From positions 434,001 to 498,000 of the forward strand of contig CDRNST010000148.1 of the NCBI GenBank assembly GCA_977016875.1: a stretch of 64,000 nucleotides of DNA, read 5' to 3'. The notes beneath the pieces were generated by a model. The model worked only from the letters and a program-made list of their open reading frames with translations, was not told the origin of the DNA and searched no databases. This document shows positions 50,291 to 64,000 of the stretch, piece by piece. Both the position numbers and the translations under genes were made by a program. The number at the start of each line of letters is the position of its first letter. The first letter of the stretch is position 1. The DNA comes from Pavona decussata (Eukaryota).

Positions 50291-53200
50291 AAAGAGAGCT
50301 AGCGTGGGGATAGCGGGCTTTAAAATGGGGCCGTTGTGGGACGCAACCATACACAGTGAGAGATGGGGAAATTGGGTGACTGCATTAGGGTTAGGAGAAC
50401 GGAGGGGAAACATGGTACTGTCTGCTGCTTGGGAAGGGGAACGCGATCTTCTTTTTAACAACTTGTGCACAGCCTCCTGCTCTCCACAAAGAAGTCAGAA
50501 AGCTGACGACTGTGCACTCTAGTAACCCAGTTTCAGTCCTAAATACTTGGTTACAAACTCCGGTTCAAATGCAAGTTTTACACCTAACTTCTGACATCCA
50601 CAACTTATTATGTCACACATGTCTAACCTCAGTTCGCCGGGGTTTTTTTTTAACTAAAGCGCTTTGCCAGAAATCACTGAGATGTCTGTTTTGGGGTCAT
50701 TTCTCTGTTTCTGTGTCTCGGTATTTCTTGTAAACTGTCGGAAACAAAATTAAAGATCAACGTACCCCCGGTTGCCGTCGAAGCCATTTTGGTCCAGTTG
50801 GCGTTGAATACAGGCATGTCTCATCCAAGAAGACAGATATATTTTACTTTTCTTGTTAGTCGTGACCAAATGAACGAGTACTTCATCGCAGACGGCATGC
50901 CCATCATATCAGCAGTGTTGTTTTGGGTGGTAAATTAATGGACTTGCAGATTCTGACCAACAATCATGAAGAGTGGAAAAAAGCCAGTCAGTTAGCTATC
51001 ATATTGTTTCAAGCTTATAAGTACCTCCAAAATCGTCGTGGAAGTAGTACTCGACAAAAGAATCAGAAAGCTTATCATTTGTAATTTTTCAATTTTATCA
51101 TATTAATTGTATGGGAATTTTGTACCGTTATTTAATTTCTGCTTCATACAAAATGCAATATGTGTTCTGCAAATTAAAATGCGTATATATTAGGTTCCTT
51201 TCAAATTTCTTCAAAATAAAGCGCATTGAGTTCTCCCTGTAGGCTTAAATTGAATCGTCTAGTTGCTTGGAACACAGATTTTTTTTTGTCTAAATACACA
51301 CATCCACGGAATTATTCACATTATCTACACACGATATTTACCCGCAAGCTTGATAAATGAGAATCAATGCTAATTTATTTCCCGTTGAAGACCCGTCCCG
51401 TCCCGCAGTGGCACAAGCAGGGAACAAAGTACAAGCTTTTAGAAAGTCATTGTTGTCTTTCCCATTTCTGAGTCAGTCTTTAAAGTGAATATTTGTTAGA
51501 CTTCCTTAGCTAGCTACATAAGGGAGCGGAATTTTATTTCCTTGTTGAATTTGTAAGTTGAAGTTTACATTCAAAGCCGCCTCATAAACGCAAGGAATCT
51601 AATATCTGAGGAGAATAGATGCGTTAAATGGCCTTGTAGGAGCTGAGCATTCAAATAAATTAACTCCCATTCATTTAACACATGCAGCAATCAAACCAAA
51701 CATTTAATAATTTCAGTCCTTTTTACAGAATCTTTGCATAAATATTCCTAATGATGGAAGGAATCGTTTTTGAACCAGAAGCGACAAAAAACAATAGTGC
51801 TTTTCAGTAGCTCCATGCGTAAAGGAGGGTAAAGTTTACATGTAAATTGGTTTTAGAGTAGCTGTCAGGCAGCTTGATAAGTTTGCTATGATGGAAGTGT
51901 TTAGATGACAAGTGCTTACATTAGACTGACGTTAACGGACGTTAATGATCAGTACTGCAATGGGAAACAACACAGCTATGCTAATATTGAGCAAATGGAA
52001 CTACACAATGCAAACAAAATATCTTCATTTCGGCTGGTTGGAGTGAAGGCGCAAATTCAGTCCCCTCGTTTAATAGTTGCTCAGAAAATGCATACTCTCA
52101 GCGCATACACAGGGCTTTACCTTCCCACGCGCTATATCCAGGTTTGTTTACTTATCATGGATGTCTCATGACTCAGCTCAAACAGTTCCTGTGCTAAGTA
52201 AAACAGCCTAGAGCAAACAGCAATATCGCTTAATGTTGTCTTTCTGCTAACATTCTCTTCATCAAAGCAATCACTTTTTTCCACCGTACTTATTTAGATA
52301 TTGTAGCTTTCAGTTACTTGCAAAATAGATTTGGGATGGTACAAGTCAGTCATATCATAAACAGGTCGTCTATTGTTCAAACCGTCTTGCACCTGTAGCA
52401 CGTACCACTCAGAACAACCTTGGGGGGATTACAATTTAACACTTCCTCTCGCGACATTGCATCCGACATTAATCAGATCTATTTTAGTGTGTACCCCTCC
52501 CCCTTCTCCTCCTTGCTCGTTCAGCTGGTTTGGCGCAGTAAAGAAATGAAGCCACATCCGTGAGACAATAACAACAATAGTATATTTTATTTTGGGGGAA
52601 ACCTAGGCCCCATTAACTCCGCCGCTTCTAGTAGTTCATGCCTTCCCCGTCACTAACAAATTTTGCACTTGTATCATTGAGAATTAATGCCTGTTACTAA
52701 ATGTGACAGAACAAATATTAAACTCCCTCCCCATATTTACTTTGAATTTGTGGGATGTCGCGGATTGTAGATGGTCTGTCTACTCTAATTGCTTGATGTA
52801 CTGCTTTCAGTTATTAAAACACTGCCATGTTGTTTAAGCAAAGTAAGCTCTATTTCCCACAAGATTTATCCAGGTTTATTTGTCTGTGTTAACTCAAGCT
52901 GCTCCGCCTTTCCACACTAATGAATCAGCTGAAATTCCGCGTAATTTCACCATATGGTAAAAATGACATTGTATAACCACAACTGACTAGAAATCTTTTT
53001 CAGTTCAGCGTTTTCTTTTTAACCAGTTGACTATTCACTCAATTTGTAGCCTGTTGTCTGCAGGTCTTTGCGGAGGTTCCATGACTGCATGGATTAAAGA
53101 CTAAGCGACTAAGGATATTGGAAAGTCCAAGCCTAACCACGCGCCTAGATAATAAAGAAATAAAATAAACCAACACAAAAAGATATTTGGCCCTTAGAAG

Positions 53201-53814
53201 ACTGTGGTCGGGTTAAAAATAGTTGGTCCATAACTGTTTCAGTATAGATTAGTTTTCCTCCCCCAAAAGTGCGCATTCACACTTCACAGTATTAGAGATA
53301 TTTCTAACCTCCCACATGTTCATCAGCCCACATGCGCTTATTTGCCTGATGGCGACTAAAGCTGTTTCACCCAAAACGTTCCACAATGAATCAGCTCAAT
53401 TTCTATTGAATCACATAGCATGGATTGTCCGATACTAAGCGCATTCTTCACTAGGGTAGTCAGTTGTGGTTCTAAATTAAAAAGGTTAGTAAGGTACATT
53501 TTTGGCACAAGCTAGCGCGCGTTCACAAAACGCTACTGGGATTTTTTTCTGAAATTTTAGTGTCCGCACTATTAGTTTTCTACGAGATAAATACACTAGA
53601 CCGACTATTTTAAAGTCATTCATTTATTCAAGAAAGCCTGTTGTTGATGATACTGTATACTGGGAATAAGCAGGGTACGTAACAATGACCTAGGTGGACT
53701 GTGAATCGTACACGACCTTAAAAAAGTTCTAACATCAACCATCAAACCATGGTAATTTTGCATCACCAACAGAATACGTTCTATTATCTACCCACGTTTT
53801 GTAGGCTTTTTAAC

Positions 53815-53957
53815 AAATTTTGTAAATAATTGTATAACCTACACGCAATTTTTTTTAGTGATTTGTATCTGGTATTTAACATATTATTTTACAGTGCCCT
53901 CCATAAGCTTATAGCTAAAAACATAGACACTTGAATAAAGTTTTCATTCATTCATTC
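53815..53957 (+). mobile_element. LINE (CR1/L2-like) 3' tail
   Basis: AGTG.C...ATAAGC..AGCT...GACACTTGAATAAAG followed by a (TTCA)n tail. Confidence 0.5.
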
Positions 53958-56900
53958 TACCCAACGTAAATAGCCTCCAGTTAGTTATTTCAGTCAACAA
54001 ATCTCAACCGCCAAAACTGCTACTTCTTAGTGCACATATCCACGAACGGCATGGTTCACAAGCTTATGGCTTATTTATCATTCGGCCGAGATGAATGAGC
54101 ACACCAACACAGTCGATTTCTGTTAAAACGAACACTTTTGAAACACGGTTTCAGTCAGTCTTTGGTGATAGCTAAAGCCGGTGAGGGCAGAAGTAATTCT
54201 CCTGTATTTAAGTTACGCCATGACTTCTGGTTATTCTAGCGGAGGGTTCATGATACATCTACAAGGCGAATAATAAATTTAAATACCTATTCAGTGGAAT
54301 TATATTTTAAGTCGTAGATTGGAGATTTTATTAAAGCGGCTATGGGCCTTTGTTCATAGCCAATTCAATTGAACGTTGGTTGTGTGTGATCTAGTGTCTT
54401 TGGGCCCAGCAAAAAAGCTTCACGTTATGCAGCACTGTTTATGAAAATTGCGGTGACTAGAAGGGGGAAAAGCATGAATGTAATCTGACCTCCTTAATGC
54501 CACAGATCTTGAAGTTTAATATCTTTGCTGAATTGACTTCTTAAAATCGACGGGCACAAACCTCGTCGCGTAGGTTTATTTCGGTTATTTTAGAGAAAAT
54601 AAGGGCCTACTAGCTTTCCATTTTGCAAAAATAAGGCTGTATTTCCGAGCTTTTATCGACAACACGGACTAACTTAGAATAGGGTACCCGGCTTTTTTAA
54701 ACACAAGGGATTAGTTCTTCTTCGGGCCGCTGTCCCTGAAATCCCGAAGACTTCCCGGGCCAGGGAAGTAGTTTTTCAAATCCGTTTTCTGTCAATTGAC
54801 TGGAGCTTTTAGTGCAAATCAGCGCAATGCATTTCTTTATGTCGTAAGCTGTTTTGAGCTTTCAAAATTATAAAAAGTCGAATTTCTAGTTACAAACATT
54901 GTGCACATAAATAGTGGTAAATTCAATTTAAAAAAGCTCCGTTTCGGCAGTTTAGTTCCAACACAACAATCTTTTTAAGATTTATTTTGAGTTAAAAAAA
55001 GTACAAAACAGAGCGAAGAGTGTTACACGCTGAAGACAAGGTCGTACATTTTTTATTTTCGATGATTTAACATGACACGCAGGTTAATTGAAAAACACGA
55101 GAATTAAATGTCTTCAATTTGCTATTCTAGCGAAAGAGAGTCACACTCTTGACTGAGCATTTTCGTAAAGCTTGCTTGTTTTAAAATGTCTTAAAATTTT
55201 AGTTAGTATTATTTAACTTATACACACTTTTTCGTCCAAACAGTTTTGTTATTTGAGTAGCTCAGTTGATAAAGCAACACAGAGAAAAGAGGGAACAATT
55301 TGCTTCTCCATGGTTTCCCTCGCAAGTTGTGTCCTAAGAATTTTAATATTAGTTGCCGGCTGGTCTTACTCTTGTCCGTTAGCGTCACTTTCAGTAACAC
55401 ATCAGTATCATTTCTATTACGGTAATAAAACAAACTTGATTGAGAAAACATATACAGGAGTTAGAAGCATGTACGATTATATGATCGGAGAAAATTTACA
55501 ACAAGGTGAAAATTAAATCTGGTTTCCCAGGTAGAATGATTTATAATTATTTGTAGAACAGAGCTCAACGAATAGAAAGAACACAGTGTAATTAAAAATT
55601 GAGGGATGGCTATTGATAAAAACAATAGAAGTAAATGTAGCGAGGCACGGATCCAAGCTTACAAAGAAGAAGATAACAAATATTACGTTGGGTCAAGGAG
55701 ATTGGTATACTGCATCAGTTAAGTCTTTTTCTTTTTTACGAAAGGTTGGTAAAGGTGCAGCAGAAACTCTCCCCGAGCTTGGACAGAATTGTTTGGTTGT
55801 CATAGAGAGGTGACCGTTAGGGGAAAGCTTTTAATTAGAGGATTTGTGTGAATGAAAAACAAGTCGGGACAAGAAAAGAATACTGTTGTGAAGATTGGAC
55901 CGTTTATAGAAGTTCGACTCTACTCAACTCAAATCGAAACTTTGACCTTCAGCACATGCCCCACGATTATATCATTAATTCGTCTGATGCTTTGTTAAAT
56001 CAATGAGTAAAAAGAAACTCACTAGTGGAGATCTGTGTCATTTCCCTAATTGTGATTTTCATCCTGTACAATATAGTGCTTTTCCAAACATCTTGTTTCA
56101 ACGTGGGAAGGAAATTAGTTCTTTTTTTTTTCTTCTTGTTTACTTCGTTAAAGGTATTTTGTACTTGAAATAACTGATACTGAGAGTAAAAACCTATCCT
56201 GCAAAGAATTTAAGATGTGAGTAAATTTTCCCCGTTAAGATTTTCTTTATTAGATTTATTTGAGCATATTCAGAATAACTGACATTTGCACTGGATCATG
56301 GTCTGAATGGAAATAAATAAGTAATATATATTCCATTTTAGGTAACTGACTTTAATAGCAGCTAATTACAATATCTCCTTTTTGAATATTGTGTCCTCCA
56401 CAAAGAGCACATTTGATGCAAAATTTAGTCAGCGTTTAGTTTCGAATACATGTATTTTAAATAAGCGATCAATATTCGTCTTCCATTAGTTGATCTTTTT
56501 TGAAGATATTCACCGAGAACAAAGCAGCCCACGATTAAATGACTGTCTGCAAAATGGTTTTTAATCAAAGCCTCAGCTGGAAGCCTTATATTTTGAAGAC
56601 TGCAAAACGGCTAAACGCACGTGATATTTCACCTTGTTACTAAGCCGCGTTAAATCAAAATTCATAGGAGGTATTTGATGGCTTGGCCCAGTTACGAACC
56701 TCTGTCTTGGTACGTGTTTTCTAACAGCGAAATACGAGCTTCATCCAAAAGTTAGCCAACATTTCTAAAATTCTGGCGTTCGTGAAAAAGATATAAGCTT
56801 CATGAAAGAAAGCACTGACTTAATATGAAAACATTTCGATTTCTTTGTGTTAGCAAAAATGAATCGGACCGTATCGGCTTTTAGTTTAGTCTCTAAATGA

Positions 56901-59790
56901 TATTGCGTGCACTTGGTGAGCACGTTTGGGTGTCTAATGATCCCACACATATCACCCGGCCGAACAACCCGGAAATAGAAAGAAGAAATCTTTAATAAAA
57001 TTTTCCTTGAAAGATAGCCTCGTATTGCCCGTTCAGTAATCAAGGAAGAAAATACCCCATACCCCGGCAAGTACGATGAGACGTTGTAATAGTCACATAA
57101 TTTAAACCAATTTATTTGGATAAATTTTCGGCAGTAGAAGATATAGCCAATTTCCCCGGCCTATGAACGTACGCCTTATAATTAAAACCCTCACTTTTCG
57201 TATTCTATTTTTAATACAATGAAAAAAAGTAACAACTTGGTAACATAAAACTCCGGGGATACAGCAAAGGTAGTCTTATTTTTGAGTACAGGTCAGTTTC
57301 TTTAATAAGATTGCCCGCGTTGGCTGAACAATTAGCGAGTTTTGAGATCTCAGTTTTGCTAAGCAACGATATGATTTCTCATGAACGTTGCGTCTATATC
57401 GATAGATTATCTAACGCTTCCTGCTGGCAAATGACCACAAAGAATTAATGGATGATTTAAATTCAATAAAAAATAATCATTTTCTACTTTCAGTTAACTT
57501 TTGCTATACCACGGCATCATGTTACCGAATCTATGGCCGATTTGCTTGTAAATGTCGACTTTTGGTTGTTTAAAAACGGAAAACTAATCATTTTCGTGAT
57601 GACTACTACATAAACAAAAACGAGAGTGACGCAGATAACGCATTAAATTAAGAAAAGGATAATTACAATAAAGGAGCGGTCGTAATTGGCAAAGAGTTAA
57701 ACCACGATATTACGACCAAATGGCGGGAAAACTACGTATTTAATTTAAACATTGAGGTTTTTTTTTTCTCCTTAAATCCCCGGCTTCGTTTAAATGTTCC
57801 GTTTAACCTCCACAAAAACGGTTGAATAAATTTGTCTTAACTTGGCAGCGTTTTAGATTAAACACGTCGGTGAAAGTCTTCGGGAAAGATTTGAGTTATG
57901 AATAGCTGGCAGCTGCGATTTCAATGTAATCAGTTTAAAACCACCATGGTTGACTTTAAAACGCAACCAATTTCTTTATCACTGGTCGACCAGTGGGTTG
58001 AAACGAAATAGTAACTCAAACTGACGTTTTGATAATTCCTCAAACTAAACCAGCCGGATTTTATTAGTTTTGGCATACGTTTGGCAGCGCGCAGCTCAAT
58101 GACTTTGTTGACGACCTAAAATGATTTTTAAGTCAACAAATTAAAGGCTTTTATTCCACGCGGCATTTCGATTGTTGGTTGTTCTTTTCACTCTTAATGA
58201 CTGAGCACGGTGTTATTCTCCGCTAGTCGCTGTTAGTTTTAAGAAGCAGGTTAATGGCCGCTTTGTTGTGGATTAAGAACACAGTGACATCCCCATATCT
58301 AAGTTTTCTCCATCACCATAGGAAAAAAACCGCTCCCTTAACAGCAAATTGCTTACCAATAGCAGCGGGGTACCCTCTAATCAGCAAAAATAATCTAACA
58401 CTCAAATGACTACTCCATTCGCTTAAAAAATATCTCTTGGCACATGGAAATGTTTTCCATTAATCTAGAATTTCCTGTTTTACGAACGATAAGCGAACGG
58501 TTCAATGTCAAATTGCGGTTTTTATTTATTCATGACTGCTATTGAGTGCAAATGGTCCAATATCGCACCATATTCACCTCGCGTGAAACACTTGAATCAT
58601 TATACAACGAATAAACATGAATGTTTTACACTCTACCCCAACGCTTCTTTAGTAGGCTGTTATTTGCCGCATAGAACTCCCACGGAGACGTTTATTTAAC
58701 TATTTTAGCCCGCTATTGCAACCTTTGGATCTTACCCAAGTCAATAATGATAGCATTAAAATTTGTGTTAAACATCACCACCATGAATATTTCATCATCT
58801 TTGTTTATAGCATGAGATTGTCTGCTGGATGGATTTCCTTGTTCTTCCTTATTCCGTTTCAAGCTTTTCCAAGAAAGTTTATTTTAGTTTCTTTTATGCC
58901 AAGATCGAGCGCATCATTTCCTATTTCCGATATTTATCTCTTCCAAGCAGTATTAAATGAACGTTAAGCCTTCCTCTTAACTCGTGACTGGAGACCCGAT
59001 CCGGTACCCGTGACTTTCAAATCGCTCCTTTCACCTGTTTGGAAGTGCCATGCGGTTTCAAATCGTAAATCGCTACTAACAACAAACTCTGAGTCGCCAA
59101 TTTAGCAAAACGGCGGCCAAACACGATTCATTAACTAACAATTTAGGGGGCGGAACGGCGAGAAATTTATTCCAAAATCTTTCTCTGCGTCGTCCGCAAA
59201 AAATAATCCCCACTGGTCCAAAAGTGGATGACTTGTGTTATTTGTTTTCATCGAAAGAATTGGAACTCGCTGTTATTCGAGAGTATATTGTAGGTCTCAT
59301 TCACTCTTTAGTCAGTTCCTCTTTATCTATAGATAAAAACATTAATGAGCGAAGGCTCTCTGGTGTTTCACAAACTCCTGATAACGATTAGGAATCAGTA
59401 CTCCGTTTTTGTCATGTTAAATCCATAACTCCTTTGTGAATAGTGACTCAACACCATTTTCGCACCTTTCGAAAGCTTAATAAAAGGATGATAATTAAGT
59501 TTTACCTGGGGTGAAGTAACCATTAACAGTTTCGATGCATCGATGACATTCGGAAATCAGGTTTCCCCAGTCTTTGAACACACATTCGCCTTTCTAAGGC
59601 TTCTCCAATCTCTAGCCCTTCTTCAATCCTAGCCCTTGTGAAAAGAAACGCACTTTCATGTGATCAATTTATTGTGAAATGATATCTTTTGGGAAAGACA
59701 AAGACTTACGCGCGAAAACAAGATACGCGATTCATTGTGGCAGCTTTGAATTCATACTAACTTGTGATGCGTAATTTACAAAGTCTTTCT

Positions 59791-59796
59791 TTTATT
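59791..59796 (-). terminator. Candidate polyadenylation signal of Hmx
   Basis: AATAAA on the minus strand ~790 nt after the stop codon, in an AU-rich context. Confidence 0.4.
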
Positions 59797-60581
59797 GTAA
59801 ATATTTGACTACAATTTAACACGTATTTTACAATTTGGACCTACCAACTCCGAATTCATTAGCCATTTCTTGCCCCACTAAGTTTGGGATAATCAATTCT
59901 CATACAATCCTCTCTGTTAATCATGAGACCTGAGCCGTACCTCTGCTCATGTGTCTTAAGGACACAGTACCCTCTCTTTTTCCGTCTCTTCTCCCAATAC
60001 GACTGTGCTTTAAAACTCTTGGTCGAATCGAACAAAAAATCCGTCAATGCGATTCACTGTCTAAAACATAAAATGTACACCGTTGTTCGGAAGGAATCTT
60101 GAAGTCGATCGATCGTATCTTAGCGTTAAATATTCCGTGCAACAAATAAAGTGGTCCATCTCTTAACTCTAATCGCTCCCAGTGTTGAATAAATAGGTGT
60201 AAATAACAACTGCAAACAGTACACGATCCTCTAATAACTACACCCTGTTCTTTATAACTATCTTGGCTCTTATCACTAAGGAAAAACTTAGCCTGGAAAC
60301 GCACTAAATGTGGGTAGAATATTTCGACCAACGAAGGTTAAATTATGCCTCGAGACAGCCATTTTTCTACAGTGAGGACACCCCCGCGAGACAAATTTGA
60401 ATTAAGTTAGATATTGCGCTCTGTATCAGACAAGTGAGCCATTAGGTGTTCAAAATTGTCTTCACTTTGTGGTTTAATTCTAAAGCGTTTGCAAGGACAG
60501 TGTTTAGTTCACTTTCACGTAAATGTACCGTGGATTTTGCCTGAAACAACATGTTGATCCGCGAAGCCTGTTTCTTGTTCG

Positions 60582-61045
60582 CTAGAGCAGTGACGACATT
60601 GGTGGGGGTCTAAGATGAGGCGGCAGGAATTGTGAATAGTGCTGAGGGTACTGCATCCCGGGGTATGACGATGGGTGGTAAAATGAGTAGGCAGCCGGGT
60701 GAGTAGGCAGTTCACTTGTGCGAGTTTGGTCTCGATACAGTATAGGCACTCGAACCATTCTTTGGTGGTTTGCTTGTGCCAAACTCGCGGCTTCCATCTC
60801 GGCAGCCAGTTGCCTCTTCCACTTGTTTCGTCGATTTTGAAACCATATCTTCACCTGTGTTTCCGTAAGATGAAGCTGGGCAGCAAGCCCAGCGCGCTCG
60901 GAGGAGGATAGGTATCGCTTCAAATCGAAAGTCGACTCCAGTTGATAAACCTGACTCCGAGAGAACACAGTCCGTGTCTTCTTCTTCCTACGCTTCTTGA
61001 TGCTCTCTTTTCTGTCTCCCTCTGTGGAGCGGTCATCTTTTTCAT
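60582..61045 (-). CDS. Hmx: Hmx/NK5 homeobox protein, exon 2
   Basis: [60 protein letters not shown], followed by the Hmx-specific motifs AAEMEAA and [10 protein letters not shown]. Acceptor CTCTTACAG before 61045. Confidence 0.96.
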
Positions 61046-61211
61046 CTGTAAGAGAACGTGGGATTAACTAAGGTTAAATTTGCGTTTGCAGGGGATTTAA
61101 ACAACTCAAGTCCGTCATGGGTGGCGCAAAATAGCGCGATGTAGGGTTCTACTATCTCATTCACAACTCAGTAACCGGAAGCTCGCGTCTCTGTCGTTCA
61201 GAGTTACTGAC

Positions 61212-61455
61212 CTTCAACTGACGTTCTACTCCACTCGTCAAAGTCGTACGACATTCTTCTGTCCAGATCTGTGGGGCTTCCATCGCGTCGACGAGTTTCG
61301 CAATTTTGCGTCCTTGGAAAGTCTACTCGTTGTCTGTCGTGAGTCTCTCCAGCATCGCTCGTGTTATCCGAGTCCTTTCTACCGTATTCCCGCGAGCTAG
61401 CACTGTTTAGAATATTTGAAATCGAGAACGGATTCGATCGAGTCTTCTCTTCCAT
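61212..61455 (-). CDS. Hmx: Hmx/NK5 homeobox protein, exon 1 (235 aa spliced)
   Basis: MEEKTRSNPFSISNIL (eh1); GTCAGT donor at 61211 (phase 1), 166-bp intron; 244+464=708 nt in frame. Confidence 0.92.
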
Positions 61456-61629
61456 ACTTTGCCACGCGAGTGAATATCAGCAAATATACTGCGGAATTGA
61501 TGGAGTAATTTTTGTAGCTTAAGAAAAGGCAAACAAAGATCGTTTGTGTTCGCTTGAATGCATTGGAGCATGCGAGGCGACAATTTAAGTCGGTGATAAT
61601 GATCAAGAATAAAAATGTCAAACTTGTTA

Positions 61630-61770
61630 AACGGCTGACATGCAAATGCGCTCCTGTGATTGGTCAAGGATGACAACTAATGGGGGCACGAGAAAGCAGA
61701 AATAATCTTCTCCTCCCCCTACTATAGAAAAACGTAGTATAACTGATAAGCGTTGTCTCTGATTGGCTTT
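61630..61770 (-). promoter_or_regulatory. Putative Hmx proximal promoter
   Basis: Octamer ATGCAAAT at 61640-47 and CCAATC boxes on the gene strand at ~61658 and ~61761, within ~320 bp of the ATG. Confidence 0.4.
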
Positions 61771-64000
61771 TCGCCGCTATCAATTAGACCTAGACACGTT
61801 GTCATTCTAAAAGTGTTCATGTTTTGTCTTTTTCAATTGGCTGAGGGATAACAATTCGGCAATTACCTTCTTGGTGTCGAACTACAATCGTGAAAAGCTT
61901 TTCTGTTAAAGGTATTCTTAGCTAAAGTGGACCATTTGTTGGTGCATGTCATAAACGGAACGTTTAGCCGTGCGGTTAAGAGTTTGATTGGACTCACGCC
62001 TCCTTAAAACAAACATTCAACACGCCCTACGAACAGTTAATCGCACGTTATAGAAAAAGCAAAAAATTAAATCATCGCTTCACAAACCCGTTTAAGGAGG
62101 CTTCAAGAAATTGTGTGACATGTGAGAAATTTAGTTTAATAATAATGTCTAAAAGTGCGGCTAGGCAGTTCAAATTTACATAACACGTTCTGTTGAAGAG
62201 ATGCGAATGATAAGGTATAAAATAATTAAGAGCATCACGGCGGCTTTTAAAGAGAGTCCCAGGCGATAAGAGAGTGCAAGCCAAAAAGGATGTGATAAAG
62301 GAGGTTGAGTTGTGAAGTAATTTGAAGTATTGCTAATGGTTTTGTGCCATTTGAGGTTGTTTCCACTCAAACGATCCTGATGGCTTGATTATAGGCGAAA
62401 GAGACCACAGCTGCAACTTTCATGAGATGCTAATGAAGGCAAATGCAATTGGGTGATTGCATTCAGGACTAACTTATTTTGCCCAAGAGATATTAAGTCA
62501 TTACGTCTTGACAGAAAAGGTGACATGATTGATGAATTTAGAATTTGAGATCTCAAACACCAATTGAAAGTTGACGCTAATCAATACACTTACCTGTTTT
62601 GTATAAAATAGGAAAATATGTCTTAAGACTAAATTCGACGCGTAAAGCACTAAACGATGGTTTTAAAGCCATTTACGCTGTTCTACAACCAAGCTTTAAT
62701 CCTTTTATTGAACCTTGAAAGAAACAAAATCAATAATTTTTGATAGCGAAAGGAAGAAAAAGAATCTCTTTAATGTATTTGACTAATAAAACTCAATCCA
62801 CGCCATAAAAGTGATCCTATATTGACCAGTAATTCCTTCCTTTTTACAGATAAATAGCAAAGCAAACAAAGAAAATTATCTCAAGACCATTTAGAATGAG
62901 CCTTACCGAAGTGATCTATGGCGTTTTATAGGCGTTGATCACGCTCTGTTTTATTCCTGGAGAGCTTAGTTGATCGGTTCAAATTCATCTTCGCTTTTGT
63001 CTTAAATCTTTCAACGCGCAATCAGAAGCACTTAGTTAGCAAGCTATTTGCAGATTCATCAGTTGGTCGTTTATAATATTTGTGCCAAATAGCCTTTGAA
63101 AAAGTATTAAGCGGCTATAGAAGAAGGGAAATTGGTGTCGTAACAAAGAACCTTGAAAATTTAACCCCTCTTTAAGCCGAAATTTCATGTCCTTAGAACA
63201 TTCGTCTAGACAAGCAAATCCAATTTCCGAGGACTTGAATGCAAACATTTTATATTTTCCTGCCTCTTAAGGCCATGCCCCATTAGATGCGAATCGTTTA
63301 AGCTTTCAAGAACAATTTCTTCCAAAAAGCTCGTAAATTGACATTGTAGGAGCAAATTGTTAGAACAAATTTGCCCACAAGACGGGAGAATGCCAATAAA
63401 ATTCCTTGCCTTGGGGAAGACTTGTAAGAGAATACATGTCACGCACCGCCTCACGGTCAATTTGGACTATCAAGAAATATATTTACCGAAGGAGGAGCTG
63501 AAATTAATATCAACAAACACATGAGTTAATAGGTTTTTAGTGGCCCAGACAAGGCACTGTAAGCGGTTGGTTTTACGGTCAGTTTGCAATTCTTTTGTGG
63601 GCTTTTACAGCAATTAAATGTAAATGGACTAAGAAGATATTGTTCATACAGTGTTTACAGAAAACACCACACCGGTTGCATTTTAGCCCCGAAATTAAGG
63701 AAGACAAGCCCTAGTTTGATGGTAGCTTTGCTGTTTTGAAGCTAGCCAGAAGATCCTGATCTTTAAATGCTTCAGATATAAGCTGAAAAAGTTATAAGTC
63801 AATTGGGATCTCGTGCTGAAACCATGAATTTTCAACGGAAATGAATTTTAGAGAACAAGTTTAGTTGTGTCTTCGTTTGAACTTCAGCGCAGACAACAAA
63901 GTTTGTGTTTTCATGGCGTTTAATGGATTGACAAATTGCGACACATTTTATTTGAAAACTGAAAATCTTTATTTTGATAACAAAGATTTCAACAAGGCCA

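Noticed and set aside
50290-50800. Decayed transposon accessory ORF on the minus strand (AAAATGGCTTCG start)
   Set aside because: Multiple stops and no diagnostic motif; cannot be supported without a search.
21700-60500. Additional homeobox gene (e.g. Msx) or other coding gene between NK1 and Hmx
   Set aside because: No WFQN-type motif or coherent exon chain was found, and the listed ORFs have non-protein-like composition. Very small exons cannot be excluded.

Overview
Eukaryotic, intron-containing, AT-rich animal DNA. The repeat families and homeobox genes point to an anthozoan cnidarian, probably a stony coral (inference). Bases 1-7802 (+) hold the last five exons of a gene encoding a TIR_2-type TIR domain, a linker and a C-terminal ~100-aa beta-rich domain I cannot assign to a named family. 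Its last intron carries a 3.26-kb Kolobok-type DNA transposon (TTAA target duplication, GG...CC ends) whose DDE transposase frame is broken only by one TGA, inside an apparently duplicated zinc-finger motif. Two NK-class homeobox genes lie on the minus strand: NK1/Slouch (20173-21515) and Hmx/NK5 (60582-61455), each with two coding exons. The ~39 kb between them has no credible gene, consistent with part of the ancient NK cluster. The rest contains MITEs, tRNA-derived SINEs, LINE tails, a Penelope-like GIY-YIG remnant with a hammerhead-ribozyme core, several tandem repeats and a perfect 56-bp palindrome. Most short ORFs in the six-frame track are spurious. All calls were made by eye; no searches were run.
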